Shown piece by piece: positions 13,301 through 24,131 of a stretch of DNA of 64,000 nucleotides. The DNA comes from Paraspadella gotoi. Lineage: Eukaryota > Animalia > Chaetognatha. Under the pieces are notes generated by a model. The model had not been told where the DNA came from. It ran no database searches and worked only from the letters and a program-made list of their open reading frames with translations. The stretch's first letter is position 1, and each line of letters opens with the position of its first letter. Position numbers and translations under genes: made by a program. The stretch covers positions 13,089,770 through 13,153,769 of the forward strand of contig CM119268.1 of the NCBI GenBank assembly GCA_051294375.1, read 5' to 3'.

Positions 13301-14717
13301 TTTTAATTTCATTCAATCTGTCTTTCCTTCATTTAAATATGTCTTTCTTTCCCTGTTTCTTTCTTTCTCTTTTCTCTCCATCTCGGCTAAAGTTTCCTTC
13401 CTAACCGGATGTTTTCATCCTGGATCCGTTCCAAGCGGCGCCAAACAAGGTCCCTCCCGCGGCGTCGTCTACATCCGGGCACCCACTCGCCGCCCCGCTC
13501 CCTTCCACCCATTCTTTTCGGTAAAGGATGGCAAATACCATCATCTACCACCATCTACCACCATCTACCACCATCTACCCAGGGGCCCTTTTCATATTCC
13601 ATTTCCTTTTTTTACAAGTAAATGAGCGGAAAATTTGAGGACCTAAATACGGACTCCGATGGCCAATACGGCCCGCCTTCCTTGACCCCTTTTCTGTGTG
13701 GCATTAGGCAGTGTATATCCGGAGCCCTTAACCCTTCTACTTCCTTTTTCTCTTAAGAGTGGTAAATGCTAGCTCATAAATCGGTCCACTGCCTCCCCTT
13801 TTTCCTCCGTCCAGGAAAGGGTGGGCAATGCCACTGGGTATTATCTTTGTCCAGGCAACCACGGCCCCATCGGTCATCGCCTCCTTCTTTTTCGTATTTC
13901 CAGTAAATGGTGGTGAATTCCAATAACCAAATGCGGTTCCACGTTGCGGCCCCAAAGGTCGAAAGAAATCTTTTTCGTTTTTGTTTCAAATTTTGTGAAC
14001 ATTAAAATAGGTATCTTTGTACTTCACTAACGACTTCTCTTCACAAACTCAACGCCAACGAACTCTCGATTTTTCTTTTCGTCTTTATATCTAAGATACA
14101 GATACGGTATACTAACAGTTTGCTTCTTTATAGCCTCCTTCTCCTAAGTTCTACCGTTGTGCCCTTTTCCTGTCTATCTTTCCCCGAATCACCCTTTTCT
14201 CTCTCGACTCTCTTTCCGACTCGTGGAAGTTTAAAATATTTCGCTGCTCGAAATTCTCGATTTCAGCCTCGTTTTCGCCTGGAAAATTATTCAATGCAGA
14301 CGATTGGGTGATTAGAGGAAATTAGTAGACTGTATCGAACGTCTTTTGTTTGTCGGTCGAGAATTCATTCAATATCGCATTTTTGTTGACAGTTAGTGAA
14401 TCGTGGGTAGACTTGACGTGAGACGTTAGACAATTTTTCTATCATCGCCATCATCCAACGCTCTAACGAAATATCATCGAAACTCCTCATCTTCACCTCC
14501 GTTGTCAACAATTCCAAATCCTGCAACGGCACACCCATCACAACACCCCGTCGACTTCCCCCCCTCCCTCCCCGCCAAACGTCACCGCCTCGAGATCCCT
14601 CTAATCCCAGTCCGATCTCCTCGTCTCCCTCTTCCGTCTCTGACCTTTGGCTTCAGCAATTGCCACCGGCTAAGACTTCGAAAGAAGGGAAGTCGAGAGG
14701 GCGCGAAAGGTTGAGAA

Positions 14718-14812
<95 letters not shown>

Positions 14813-17800
14813 GAAAAAAACATAAGGGGAGATAGAGAACGGATCAAATTTTTGCGCCGCGAGAAATCTGTCTGCTCTTTTCCCCTCTTGCCCCCCCCCA
14901 CCCCCCCCTTTCGCGCCCTCTCGACTTCCCTTCTTTCGAAGTCTTAGCCGGTGGCAATTGCTGAAGCCAAAGGTCAGAGACGGAAGAGGGAGACGAGGCG
15001 ATCGGACTGGGATTAGAGGGATCTCGAGGCGGGTGACGTTGAGCGGGGAGGGAGGGGGGAAGTCGACGGGGTGTTGTGATGGGTGTGCCGTTGCAGGAAT
15101 TGGAATTGTTGCAACGGAGGTGAAGATGAGGAGTTTCGATGATATTTCGTGAGAGCGTTAGATGNNNNNNNNNNNNNNNNNNNNNNNNNTGAGAAAGTTT
15201 GGGTTACTTAGGTTTGTTGCGCATCGAATACTGTGAATTTTGATTTGAGTTACTGCATCGGATGAGGAAAGTTTAAAAGGTTAATAATTTTTTTAAAAGA
15301 GAACGAATGGGTTTTTTTTCTGCTTTTTTTTTTGGTAATGAAATGTTTTGTTCATTGAATAAAAAAAAATTAATAAGCAAATAAAATTATACTATTATAA
15401 ATATTGTTTGAAAAAAAACAAAAATAAGTGTCAGCTTGGCGGTATGAAGACCTTAACAATTTTAAAACGGTTAACATATCTCATGAGATATCTACTAATC
15501 AATTTCGTTCATTATTTTTTAATTTAATACTTTTGTAGAAATCTTACCTTCGAAAAGACATTTGGGCAATAATTTCAACTTTGAAAGACTTTGGAGGTTG
15601 GGAAAGGCCCATAGCTTTCTTCTGTCGGAAGAAATTTGTCTCGCAATTTCTTGTTTGGGTAAGATAATAATACGATTATTTATTAATTGTTTGGTTTATT
15701 TTGGTTTAAAAATATTTTCAATCATATTCAAAGTTTTTTTTCCATTTCATTTTAACTCGGATTTGATTATCTTCGTCTCAGACAAATACATAATTTGTAA
15801 AGATGAAATTGAATCGACGAATCTCTCTCACCTTGTCGCCGGCGTAAGACATGAAGGCAGTCGATAACGTTGTTGTTGTTGTTATCGCAGAAGAAGACGA
15901 AAAAGGAGATGCAAATAAACGGAGGCCTTTCATCTTTTCGGTTCTCATCGAAAAAAGCAGCGAAATTCATTACGGCTCAGGCACGAATGGAATGGTCTTT
16001 CGACTACTTTTAAAAAACTCCATTTTTTTTATCTCACTCTCTCTCTCTTTCTCTCTCTATCTGGCTCAATGTTTTTTACAGTTTACTTTTTTCGTTTTTT
16101 TTTTTTTTAAACCGCCTCATCCTTTACGTTTTTTCTGAAAAAGTCGCCTTTTTTTAAATTTACATTAAATACGTTAGCGAGAAATTGAATTCTTTTCTCT
16201 CGTTTGTTATCTTTTGGCTTTTTTCGTTTGAAACAGCTGTCATTCTCAATTTGGCTACAAAGATCAGGTCGAGAAATGTAAAAAACTAAATCGGTGAGAT
16301 CGATCAAGTCCACATCCGGGTCTCGACGACTTTCATAATTTTTTTAAAGTCTGCCCGGATGGGATGAGGTGTAGTCGGGATATAAAGCATGCCCTCACTC
16401 TCTCCACACCGATTCTAATTTTATTTTTTTTTTTTTTTTTTTTGCGCATTTTAAACTTTAACGATGTTTAATATTTCCGGTTACGATGTAAATAACTCAG
16501 AACTACGTACAAATTTTTTTTTCGCCCATGAACTGTAATAGTTTTAGCGCGTCACCGAATACAAACAAAAAATTTGATTGTATTTTAAAATATTCTTCAC
16601 ATTGACGCGATAGGACGATGATCTGATTTGAAATCTCCCGCGCGAGTGACTTTTTATTTCATACGCAGATCTTGAGATTTCCAGGGCGTAGGCGTCGTTT
16701 GGACTGAAGGTGTACTTGAGCATCTGGAAGAGCTTCGGGTCGCGACGCTTGAGGTGATTGCGGACATTCACGTTCGCCGCCCGTGCATCTGTCCATGCCA
16801 CCTGGAGACATTGAGCGAGAATGTTTTCTTTTAATATTATGATGAAACATTAAAACGGTTTCTTTTAATTTAATATAACATAAACCACCAAACCACCAAA
16901 GCCTGTCCAAAGTCAGGGCAAGATAGCTTATTTATTAAATGAATGGATAATTTTTATATTGGTTGTACCAATTTAAAAGTAGTTAACTAATGACGGCAGG
17001 AATCAATTAAACGAGCGTCCTCAACTATTCGTCTCGCGGACACTTTTTTTGACCTCATTAACAATTTCTTAGCACTGATGAAAGTTTGATATCGTTTTTC
17101 CATTAAAAAATCGTTATTCCTTCCGGCCTTTTTTTTTTGTGTTTTTTGGGCGAAAAAAATAAACTCTTTTTTCTTACCAGAGGAATTGTTCTTGTTGACG
17201 TAGAACCAGACTCCACCGGCTTCGGCGAAATATTCATAAACCGTCTGCATCGCGTAGGAAGAGGAGTCCCCAGAGACGCTCGGCGTTTGGCATTGCTGAA
17301 GGCATCGTTGAGCTGATGACGGAAAGGAACGTTGGGTTCGAGATTTAGAAGAAAGCAACGGACGATCGAACCACCGGAAGAAAAAAAAAATTAAAGAACG
17401 AACTTGTCGAAAGAACATCAGTCTTCTAAACCAAATGTAACTAATTCAACCACCGTTTCTCATAATAACCGAAGATTTTATTGCGTAAAAGCAAAGCAAC
17501 TGAGAAAAACCCAATAACCAATTGCCCCCCAAAAACGACTCTCCCATCCCGACTCACCCCGCGTTCTGCGCCGAGGCAGGCCGTTCATGTGAATTGTGTG
17601 AATGAATTCGTGGGCGAGGATGTTATTCCCGCGCCGGTAGGGGTCGTACTGATCGCAGAGGATGTTGGATTCCAGGATGGCGGCACGCACGCCGCCGCGC
17701 CGGCCACCGTGTCCCACTTGCGCCCGTCGAAGGTGCACGTTCGTTTGCACGAACCTTGGCAAGATCCTCTGTGAAAGAGATGCTTATTGCCTTATCTTTT

Positions 17801-18143
17801 TTCTTTTCTTTTCATAATTTATATATATTTTTTTTTGTTTGGATGCCGTTTTCAAGTATTGCTATATTTTAAGTCGTTTTTTATATATTTTACTCCACTA
17901 TGTCCTACTTTATGATTATATACAGTATATAGATAAATAATAAATAATAAATAATAAAATAATACTTATTATATAGTCCCTCGAGGCAACTTTAAGTTAA
18001 GTTTCGAATGAATTGTTTTTGTTTTGAAGGCGTTGGTTTATTTGAATGCTTTGACTAAAGTATCGGCTGACGAGTATTTATTGAATGTGGCGTCGTATTA
18101 TTCGCCGATGCAGCGGATGCTGCGTTGAGAAAGAGATAGAGAG

Positions 18144-18223
<80 letters not shown>

Positions 18224-19785
18224 GAAAAAAACATAAGGGGAGATAGAGAACGGATCAAATTTTTGCGCCGCGAGAAATCTGTCTGCTCTTTTCCCCTCTT
18301 GCCCCCCCCCCGCGCAGCATCGCTGCATCGGCGAATAATACGACGCCACATTCAATAAATACTCGTCAGCCGATACTTTAGTCAAAGCATTCAATAAACC
18401 AACGCCTTCAAAACAAAAACAATTCATTCGAAACTTAACTTAAAGTTGCCCTCGAGGGACTATATATATATATAGTATTATTTATTATTTATTATTTATT
18501 AATTATTTACTATATACTGTATATAATCATAAAGTAGGACATAGTGGAGTAAAATATATAAAAAACGACTTAAAAAAGCAATACTTGAAAACGGCATCAA
18601 AAAAAAAAATATATCATAAATTATGAAAAGAAAAGAAAAAAAGAATAAGGCAATAAGCATCTCTTTCACAGAGGATCTTGCCAAGGTTCGTGCAAACGAA
18701 CGTGCACCTTCGACGGGCGCAAGTGGGACACGGTGGCCGGCGCGGGCGGCGTGCGTGCCGCCATCCTGGAATCCAACATCCTCTGCGATCAGTACGACCC
18801 CTACCGGCGCGGGAATAACATCCTCGCCCACGAATTCATTCACACAATTCACATGAACGGCCTGCCCTCGGCGCGGAACGCGGAGGTGAGTCGGGATGGG
18901 AGAGGCGTTTTTGGGTGGCAATTGGTTATTGGGTTTTTCTCAGTTGCTTTGCTTTTACGTAATAAAATCTTCGGTTGTTATGAGAAACGGGTGGTTGAAT
19001 TAGTTACATTTGGTTTAGAAGACTGATGTTCTTTCGACAAGTTCGTTCTTTAATTTTTTTTTTCTTCCGGTGGTTCGATCGTCCGTTGCTTTCTTCTAAA
19101 TCTTGAACCCAACGTTCCTTTTCCGGTCATCAGCTCAACGATGCCTTCAGCAATGCCAAACGCCAGCGTCTCTGGGGACTCTCTTCCTACGCGATGCAGA
19201 CGGTTTATGAATATTTCGCCGAAGCCGGTGGAGTCTGGTTCTACGTCAACAAGAACAATTCCTCTGGTAAGAAAAAAGAGTTTATTTTTTTCGCCCCCCC
19301 CCCCAAAAAAAAAGGCCGGAAGGAATAACGATTTTTTTAATGGAAAAACGATATCAAACTTTCATCAGTGCTAAGAAATTGTTAATGAGGTCAAAAAAAA
19401 GTGTCCGCGAGACGAATAGTTGAGGACGCTCGTTTAATTGATTCTCCGTCATTAGTTAACTACTTTTTAAATTGGTACAACCAATATAAAAATTATCCAT
19501 TCATTTAATAAATAAGCTATCTTGCCCCTGACTTTGGACAGGCTTTGGTGGTTTGGTGGTTTATGTTATATTAAATTAAAAGAAACCGTTTTAATGTTTC
19601 ATCATAATATTAAAAGAAAACATTCTCGCTCAATGTCTCCAGGTGGCATGGACAGATGCACGGGCGGCGAACGTGAATGTCGCAATCACCTCAAGCGTCG
19701 CGACCCGAAGCTCTTCCAGATGCTCAAGTACACCTTCAGTCCAAACGACGCCTACGCCCCTGGAAATCTCAAGATCTGCGTATGA
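8680..19785 (+). CDS. Secreted zinc metallopeptidase, HEXXH + EYFAE (anthrax lethal factor catalytic domain/PPEP, M34-like); spliced
   Basis: Reconstructed exons: 8680-8722 (MSPLVL... signal-like, indel-damaged; cleaner duplicate at 10263-10301), 9057-9108 + 10427-10601 (one exon split by a gap: [30 protein letters not shown]...PPPMRQ), about 12460-12569 ([25 protein letters not shown]...), 12928-13022 ([25 protein letters not shown]...), 18672-18885 ([16 protein letters not shown]...[19 protein letters not shown]), 19134-19266 ([24 protein letters not shown]), 19643-19785 ([12 protein letters not shown]...KICV*). Phases are consistent from 12928 onward and AATAAA follows the stop. The 5' exons are less certain. 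Confidence 0.8.
9134..10381 (+). repeat. Direct duplicate of 7519-8802 across a 25-N gap (probable assembly redundancy)
   Basis: Colinear copy differing mainly by indels. Removing it rejoins exon halves 9057-9108 and 10427-10601 in frame. Confidence 0.85.
9161..9190. promoter_or_regulatory. Paired E-boxes TCACGTGATC-N10-GATCACGTGA upstream of the metallopeptidase (copy at 7549-7579)
   Basis: Two TCACGTGA sites form a perfect 10-bp inverted repeat in a CpG-rich patch about 1.1 kb before the candidate ATG. Confidence 0.3.
13080..13300 (+). repeat. (TTCA)n followed by (TTTC)n microsatellites
   Basis: Direct reading. Other long microsatellites: (CT/AG)n at about 7401-7483, 14724-14808, 34812-34887, 37307-37416, 41265-41351, 61285-61355; (TTTC)n 37681-37800; (GTC)n 4318-4350; (TTA)n 4516-4549. 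Confidence 0.95.
16659..17771 (-). other. Inverted, indel-damaged duplicate of the last three metallopeptidase exons (probable assembly fold-back)
   Basis: Reverse complement of 18672-19785 including introns, with frameshifting indels. It lies in arm 15190-18124, which starts at a 25-N gap. Confidence 0.8.
19469..19553 (+). repeat. Short dispersed repeat (AAATTGGTACAACCAATATAAAAATTATCCATTCATTTAATAAATAAGC...TTTGGACAGGCTTTGGTGGTTT)
   Basis: Near-identical copy at 21855-21940, degenerate copies at about 30884-30940 and 47270-47365, a fragment at about 47610. All are non-coding (introns, or the unannotated 47 kb region). Confidence 0.8.
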
Positions 19786-21271
19786 AATAAAAAGTCACCT
19801 CGCGCGGGAGATTTCAAATCAGATCATCGTCCTATCGCGTCAATGTGAAGAATATTTTAAAATACAATCAAATTTTTTTGTTTTGTATTCGGTGACCGCT
19901 AAAACTATTACAGTTCATGGGCGAAAAAAAATTTGTACGTAGTTCTGAGTATTTTACATCGTAACCGGAAATATTAAACATCGTTAAAGTTTAAAATGCG
20001 CAAAAAAAAAAAGAAAAAAAAAGTAAAATTAGAATCGGTGGGAGAGAGTGAGGGCATGCTTTATATCCCGACTACACCTCATCCCATCCGGGCAGACTTT
20101 AAAAAAAATTATGAAAGTCGTCGAGACCCGGATGTGGACTTGATCGATCTCACCGATTTAGTTTTTTACATTTCTCGACCTGATCTTTGTAGCCAAATTG
20201 AGAATGACAGCTGTTTCAAACGAAAAAAGCCAAAAGATAACAAACGAGAGAAAAGAATTCAATTTCTCGCTAACGTATTTAGATGTAAATTTAAAAAAAG
20301 CGACTTTTTCAGAAAAAACGTAAAGGATGAGGCGGTTTAAAAAAAAAAAAGAAACGAAAAAAGTAAACTGTAAAAAACATTGAGCCAGATAGAGAGAGAA
20401 AGAGAGAGAGAGTGAGATAAAAAAAATGGAGTTTTTTAAAAGTAGTCGAAAGACCATTCCATTCGTGCCTGAGCCGTAATGAATTTCGCTGCTTTTTTCG
20501 ATGAGAACCGAAAAGATGAAAGGCCTCCGTTTATTTTGCATCTCCTTTTTCGTCTTCTTCTGCGATAACAACAACAACAACGTTATCGACTGCCTTCATG
20601 TCTTACGCCGGCGACAAGGTGAGAGAGATTCGTCGATTCAATTTCATCTTTACAAATTATGTATTTGTCTGAGACGAAGATAATCAAATCCGAGTTAAAA
20701 TGAAATGGAAAAAAAACTTTGAATATGATTGAAAATATTTTTAAACCAAAATAAACCAAACAATTAATAAATAATCGTATTATTATCTTACCCCAAAACA
20801 AGAAATTGCGAGACAAATTTCTTCCGACGAAGAAAAGCTATGGGCCTTTCCCAACCTCCAAAGTCTTTCAAAGTTGAAATTATTGCCAAATGTCTTTTCG
20901 AAGGTAAGATTTCTACAAAGTATTATTAAAAATAATGAACGAAATTGATTAGTAGATATCTCATGAGATATGTTAACCGTTTTAAATTGTTAAGGTCTTC
21001 ATACCGCCAAGCTGACACTTATTTTTGTTTTTTTTCAAACAATATTTATAATAGTATAATTTTATTTGCTTATTAATTTTTTTTTTATTCAATGAACAAA
21101 ACATTTCATTACCAAAAAAAAAAGCAGAAAAAAAACCCCATTCGTTCTCTTTTAAAAAAATATATTAACCTTTTAAACTTTCCTCATCCGATGCAGTAAC
21201 TCAAATCAAAATTCACAGTATTCGATGCGCAACAAACCTAAGTAACACCAACTTTCTCACTTCTCGTACAG

Positions 21272-22264
21272 ACTCATCAGTCTCGCTTCAAACGCGACGT
21301 CGTTCAAGAAAATCCCTCGGAATCCATTGCCTGTAATTTCGAAGTCAGAACGGTCCGTATATTTTCTTTTTTTTTTTGAAACCCAAATCATCACATATAT
21401 TTCCTTAACAATAAAACCTTTTAAAAAATTATGGAAAAAAACCGTTGTACTTTCTATTCCCTTTTTTCGACACCTCACAGTGCAACCAGATCACGGGGTT
21501 CTGCTTCCCGCTCGGCCGCCACCTGACCGCCTGCAAATCAGCTTCGGGCGAAATGCGACTCGATGCAGAGTCCTGCCCTCGCCTCGATCCCGGGAGGAAC
21601 TACGACCGCAACATTTCCTGCTCCTTCGAAATCTGTCGGGTGAGTCATGGGTCTGGTTCCTTGAGATTTACAAGTTGAATTTCAAGTTTGAAAGAGTGAA
21701 AAAGTTAAAAACCAAAAAAAAAAAAAAAAGAAAAAAAGAAAAAATATTTTTTTTTCTAAAAACCGTATAATATTAAGTTGATACGCGTAATTTTAATCGC
21801 TTATAAATAAATAAATCAATCAATCAATTAATCGACCTAATAAAATAAAATATGAAATTGGTACAACCAATATAAAAATTATCCATTCATTTAATAAATA
21901 AGCCATCTTGCCCCTGACTTTGGACAGGCTTTGGTGGTTTAAGGCCTCCATCACTCTTACAAGATAATGTAAAAGAATATGTAATTCAATGTATATCATC
22001 CAAACCCCCAGAACGAAGTCCACGAAGGGCGGTGCATCCTACTGCGTTACGCCACCGCCTGTCAAGGAACCCGGGCGCCCGTCTACATTTCGCCCGGAGC
22101 GCCGGAATGTCGAGACGCGAGGGGGGGAGGCGGGGGGAGAGGCAGCGCTGGTGGGAGGGGGAGCGTCGGGGTACTGGAGTCAGAGTGGCGGGTGAAGTTA
22201 GTGGAGCGAGTGGAGCGAGTGGAGCGAGTGGACGTCGAAGTTGATGAAAAATTCGTTGATCGGA

Positions 22265-22300
<36 letters not shown>

Positions 22301-22305
22301 ATTAA
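21272..22305 (+). CDS. Uncharacterised Cys-rich protein with two tandem modules (spliced; 5' exon uncertain, possibly about 20516-20618)
   Basis: Phase-0 exons 21272-21352 (THQSRFKRDVVQENPSESIACNFEVRT), 21481-21639 (CNQITGFCFPLGRHLTAC...ISCSFEICR), 22012-22305 (NEVHEGRCILLRYATAC...PEC...H*). All have CAG acceptors and GT donors, and the frame is open across junctions. Confidence 0.65.
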
Positions 22306-24131
22306 TTGTCCGAAATAAAAACCAAATCTAATTATTACCGTTGCAAATTAGAAAATTATGTAATAATAATTAATTAATTAAATACATGTAAATTTAATGC
22401 AAATTTTTTTGAAGTGCTTTTAGTACTATATATAAGCGACGAAGACATTTTTTAATACAATGTTCGATTAGCGTGCCTTGTTATTTATGAAGAATATACG
22501 ACACGGAGCAATTTTATTCTATTTTTTTTAAAAATTTACCAGAATCGTAAAAGGGTATGCAGTGCATACTATGCACATTGCACAATTCACACTGCAAAAC
22601 TTTCCCCGAAAAGTAGGATTTGACCTCCACCAAACTTCTGCCCCTTTTAATCGGAGGTCCGTGATATTTATCTATTATCTTCAATACGCGTTCATAATGA
22701 GTCAAAAATGAGAAAAAAACCAGTTCGAATGACGTAGATTAAAAAAATTAAAGAATTTACAGCGGGTGAGGTTTGAAACTGATCATGGGTGGCGACAGTC
22801 AACAACCGTTAAAAAGATAAATTATATCAGAGACTAAACCGGATCAAATTGATTTTTTTTTTCATTTCGTCAAAAGCCTTCCAGGTGTACTTTGCGTTAA
22901 ATGTGACAATTGAATTTTTTTTTTTTGGTACTAATTTTTTAAAGAGAAAGTTCTTGGGCATTTTATTTAATCTCCGACAAATATAAGCATGCCATTTATT
23001 TGCCTAATATCTTATTCGATTCACCAAAGCGAATCTCTCCCGCGCCTTTCTCGATTGGCCGCGTAACTAATTTCTCCCTTGAGACTAATGATCTCCCTTT
23101 ACCTAATCTTTGAGCCGATCGCTTCCTTCCTTTTATCTACGAGGAAAAAAAAAAGTAATCTTTTGATCGAAAAATGTTTGCTAAAGAGAACAACACAGTT
23201 CAATGACATGTTCCCTTTCCAAACGAATCTTTCTTTCTCTTTTTTCGCGAAAATCCTAAACGCTGACTTTTTTTTTTTCTCCGAAACTCGAAATATTCGC
23301 AAAGGAAAAACTGGTTTGGATTTTTCTTCAACGAACAGCCGATTCCAATCGACGACGACGACGACGACGACTAAAACGAGAAATTGATGACAACGACGAT
23401 CGAAAATTTTTTTCGCTTCTGTCAACGAATTTAGTCGTCGATTTCGTTTCAAAAAGAAAAACGGTTTTCATTTTAATCTTTTTTTATTTTTATTTTTTTC
23501 AAATGTAATTTTATGCTGCGGCGCGGAAAAGAATTTATGTCGATCCAATCGGAATGACCTTGACAAGTTTTTTATTCGAAAATATTGACTTATTATTTTT
23601 TTAACTTGACCAAATTTAACGCTGTTTTTTTGATGTTGATTGAAAAAAATGCGTCGTTGTTAGATCTTTTGTTTGGATTAAATAAATTCGAACTCCGATA
23701 AAACTGGATCTCGCTAATCCTTAAACTCACAGAGTTGACTAAAAAACTAAAGTTTCAGGTTGCCGATTTCTTTTGAAATCGTAATCGGAAAAAAAAAGTT
23801 TTTAAAATAATTTACTTGTGTGATAGTTAAATTAGTTATTCTATAAAATTACATAACATACAGTTTGTGATTCAAAATAACTTTCTACGGAAACTCGTTT
23901 TTTGCCGTCTCACTTTAAGTAAATTTTACCGGGCAAAAGTGCAAGATAACTCGGTTAACTATCAAACAATACACTATACTTATATAATATATACAGTATA
24001 CAAATCCCACGGTTGATTTAATTTTAAGTTATTGTTCGTATAAAAATGGCATACTTGTAATCAATTAAAAAAAAACGAACCTTGACGAACAAAACCCTCC
24101 CCCACCGGGTCGCCATCGACTCTTGGCCCAA

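Larger units (their letters stand above)
15190..21259. repeat. About 3-kb-arm inverted repeat (15190-18124 / 18313-21259) around a 190-bp spacer
   Basis: Arms are reverse complements with indels. The spacer 18125-18312 matches 14711-14899, which is itself the spacer of IR 14455-14710 / 14907-15164. Confidence 0.9.

Noticed and set aside
14711-14723. TTGAGAAAGAGAT as a PacBio SMRTbell adapter remnant at the palindrome centres
   Set aside because: Only a short partial match inside an AG-rich tract; the spacer is 190 bp of genomic-looking sequence.
16659-19785. Head-to-head paralog pair of metallopeptidases
   Set aside because: Introns and flanks are as similar as the exons, differences are mostly indels, the minus copy lacks upstream exons, and the arm starts at a 25-N gap.
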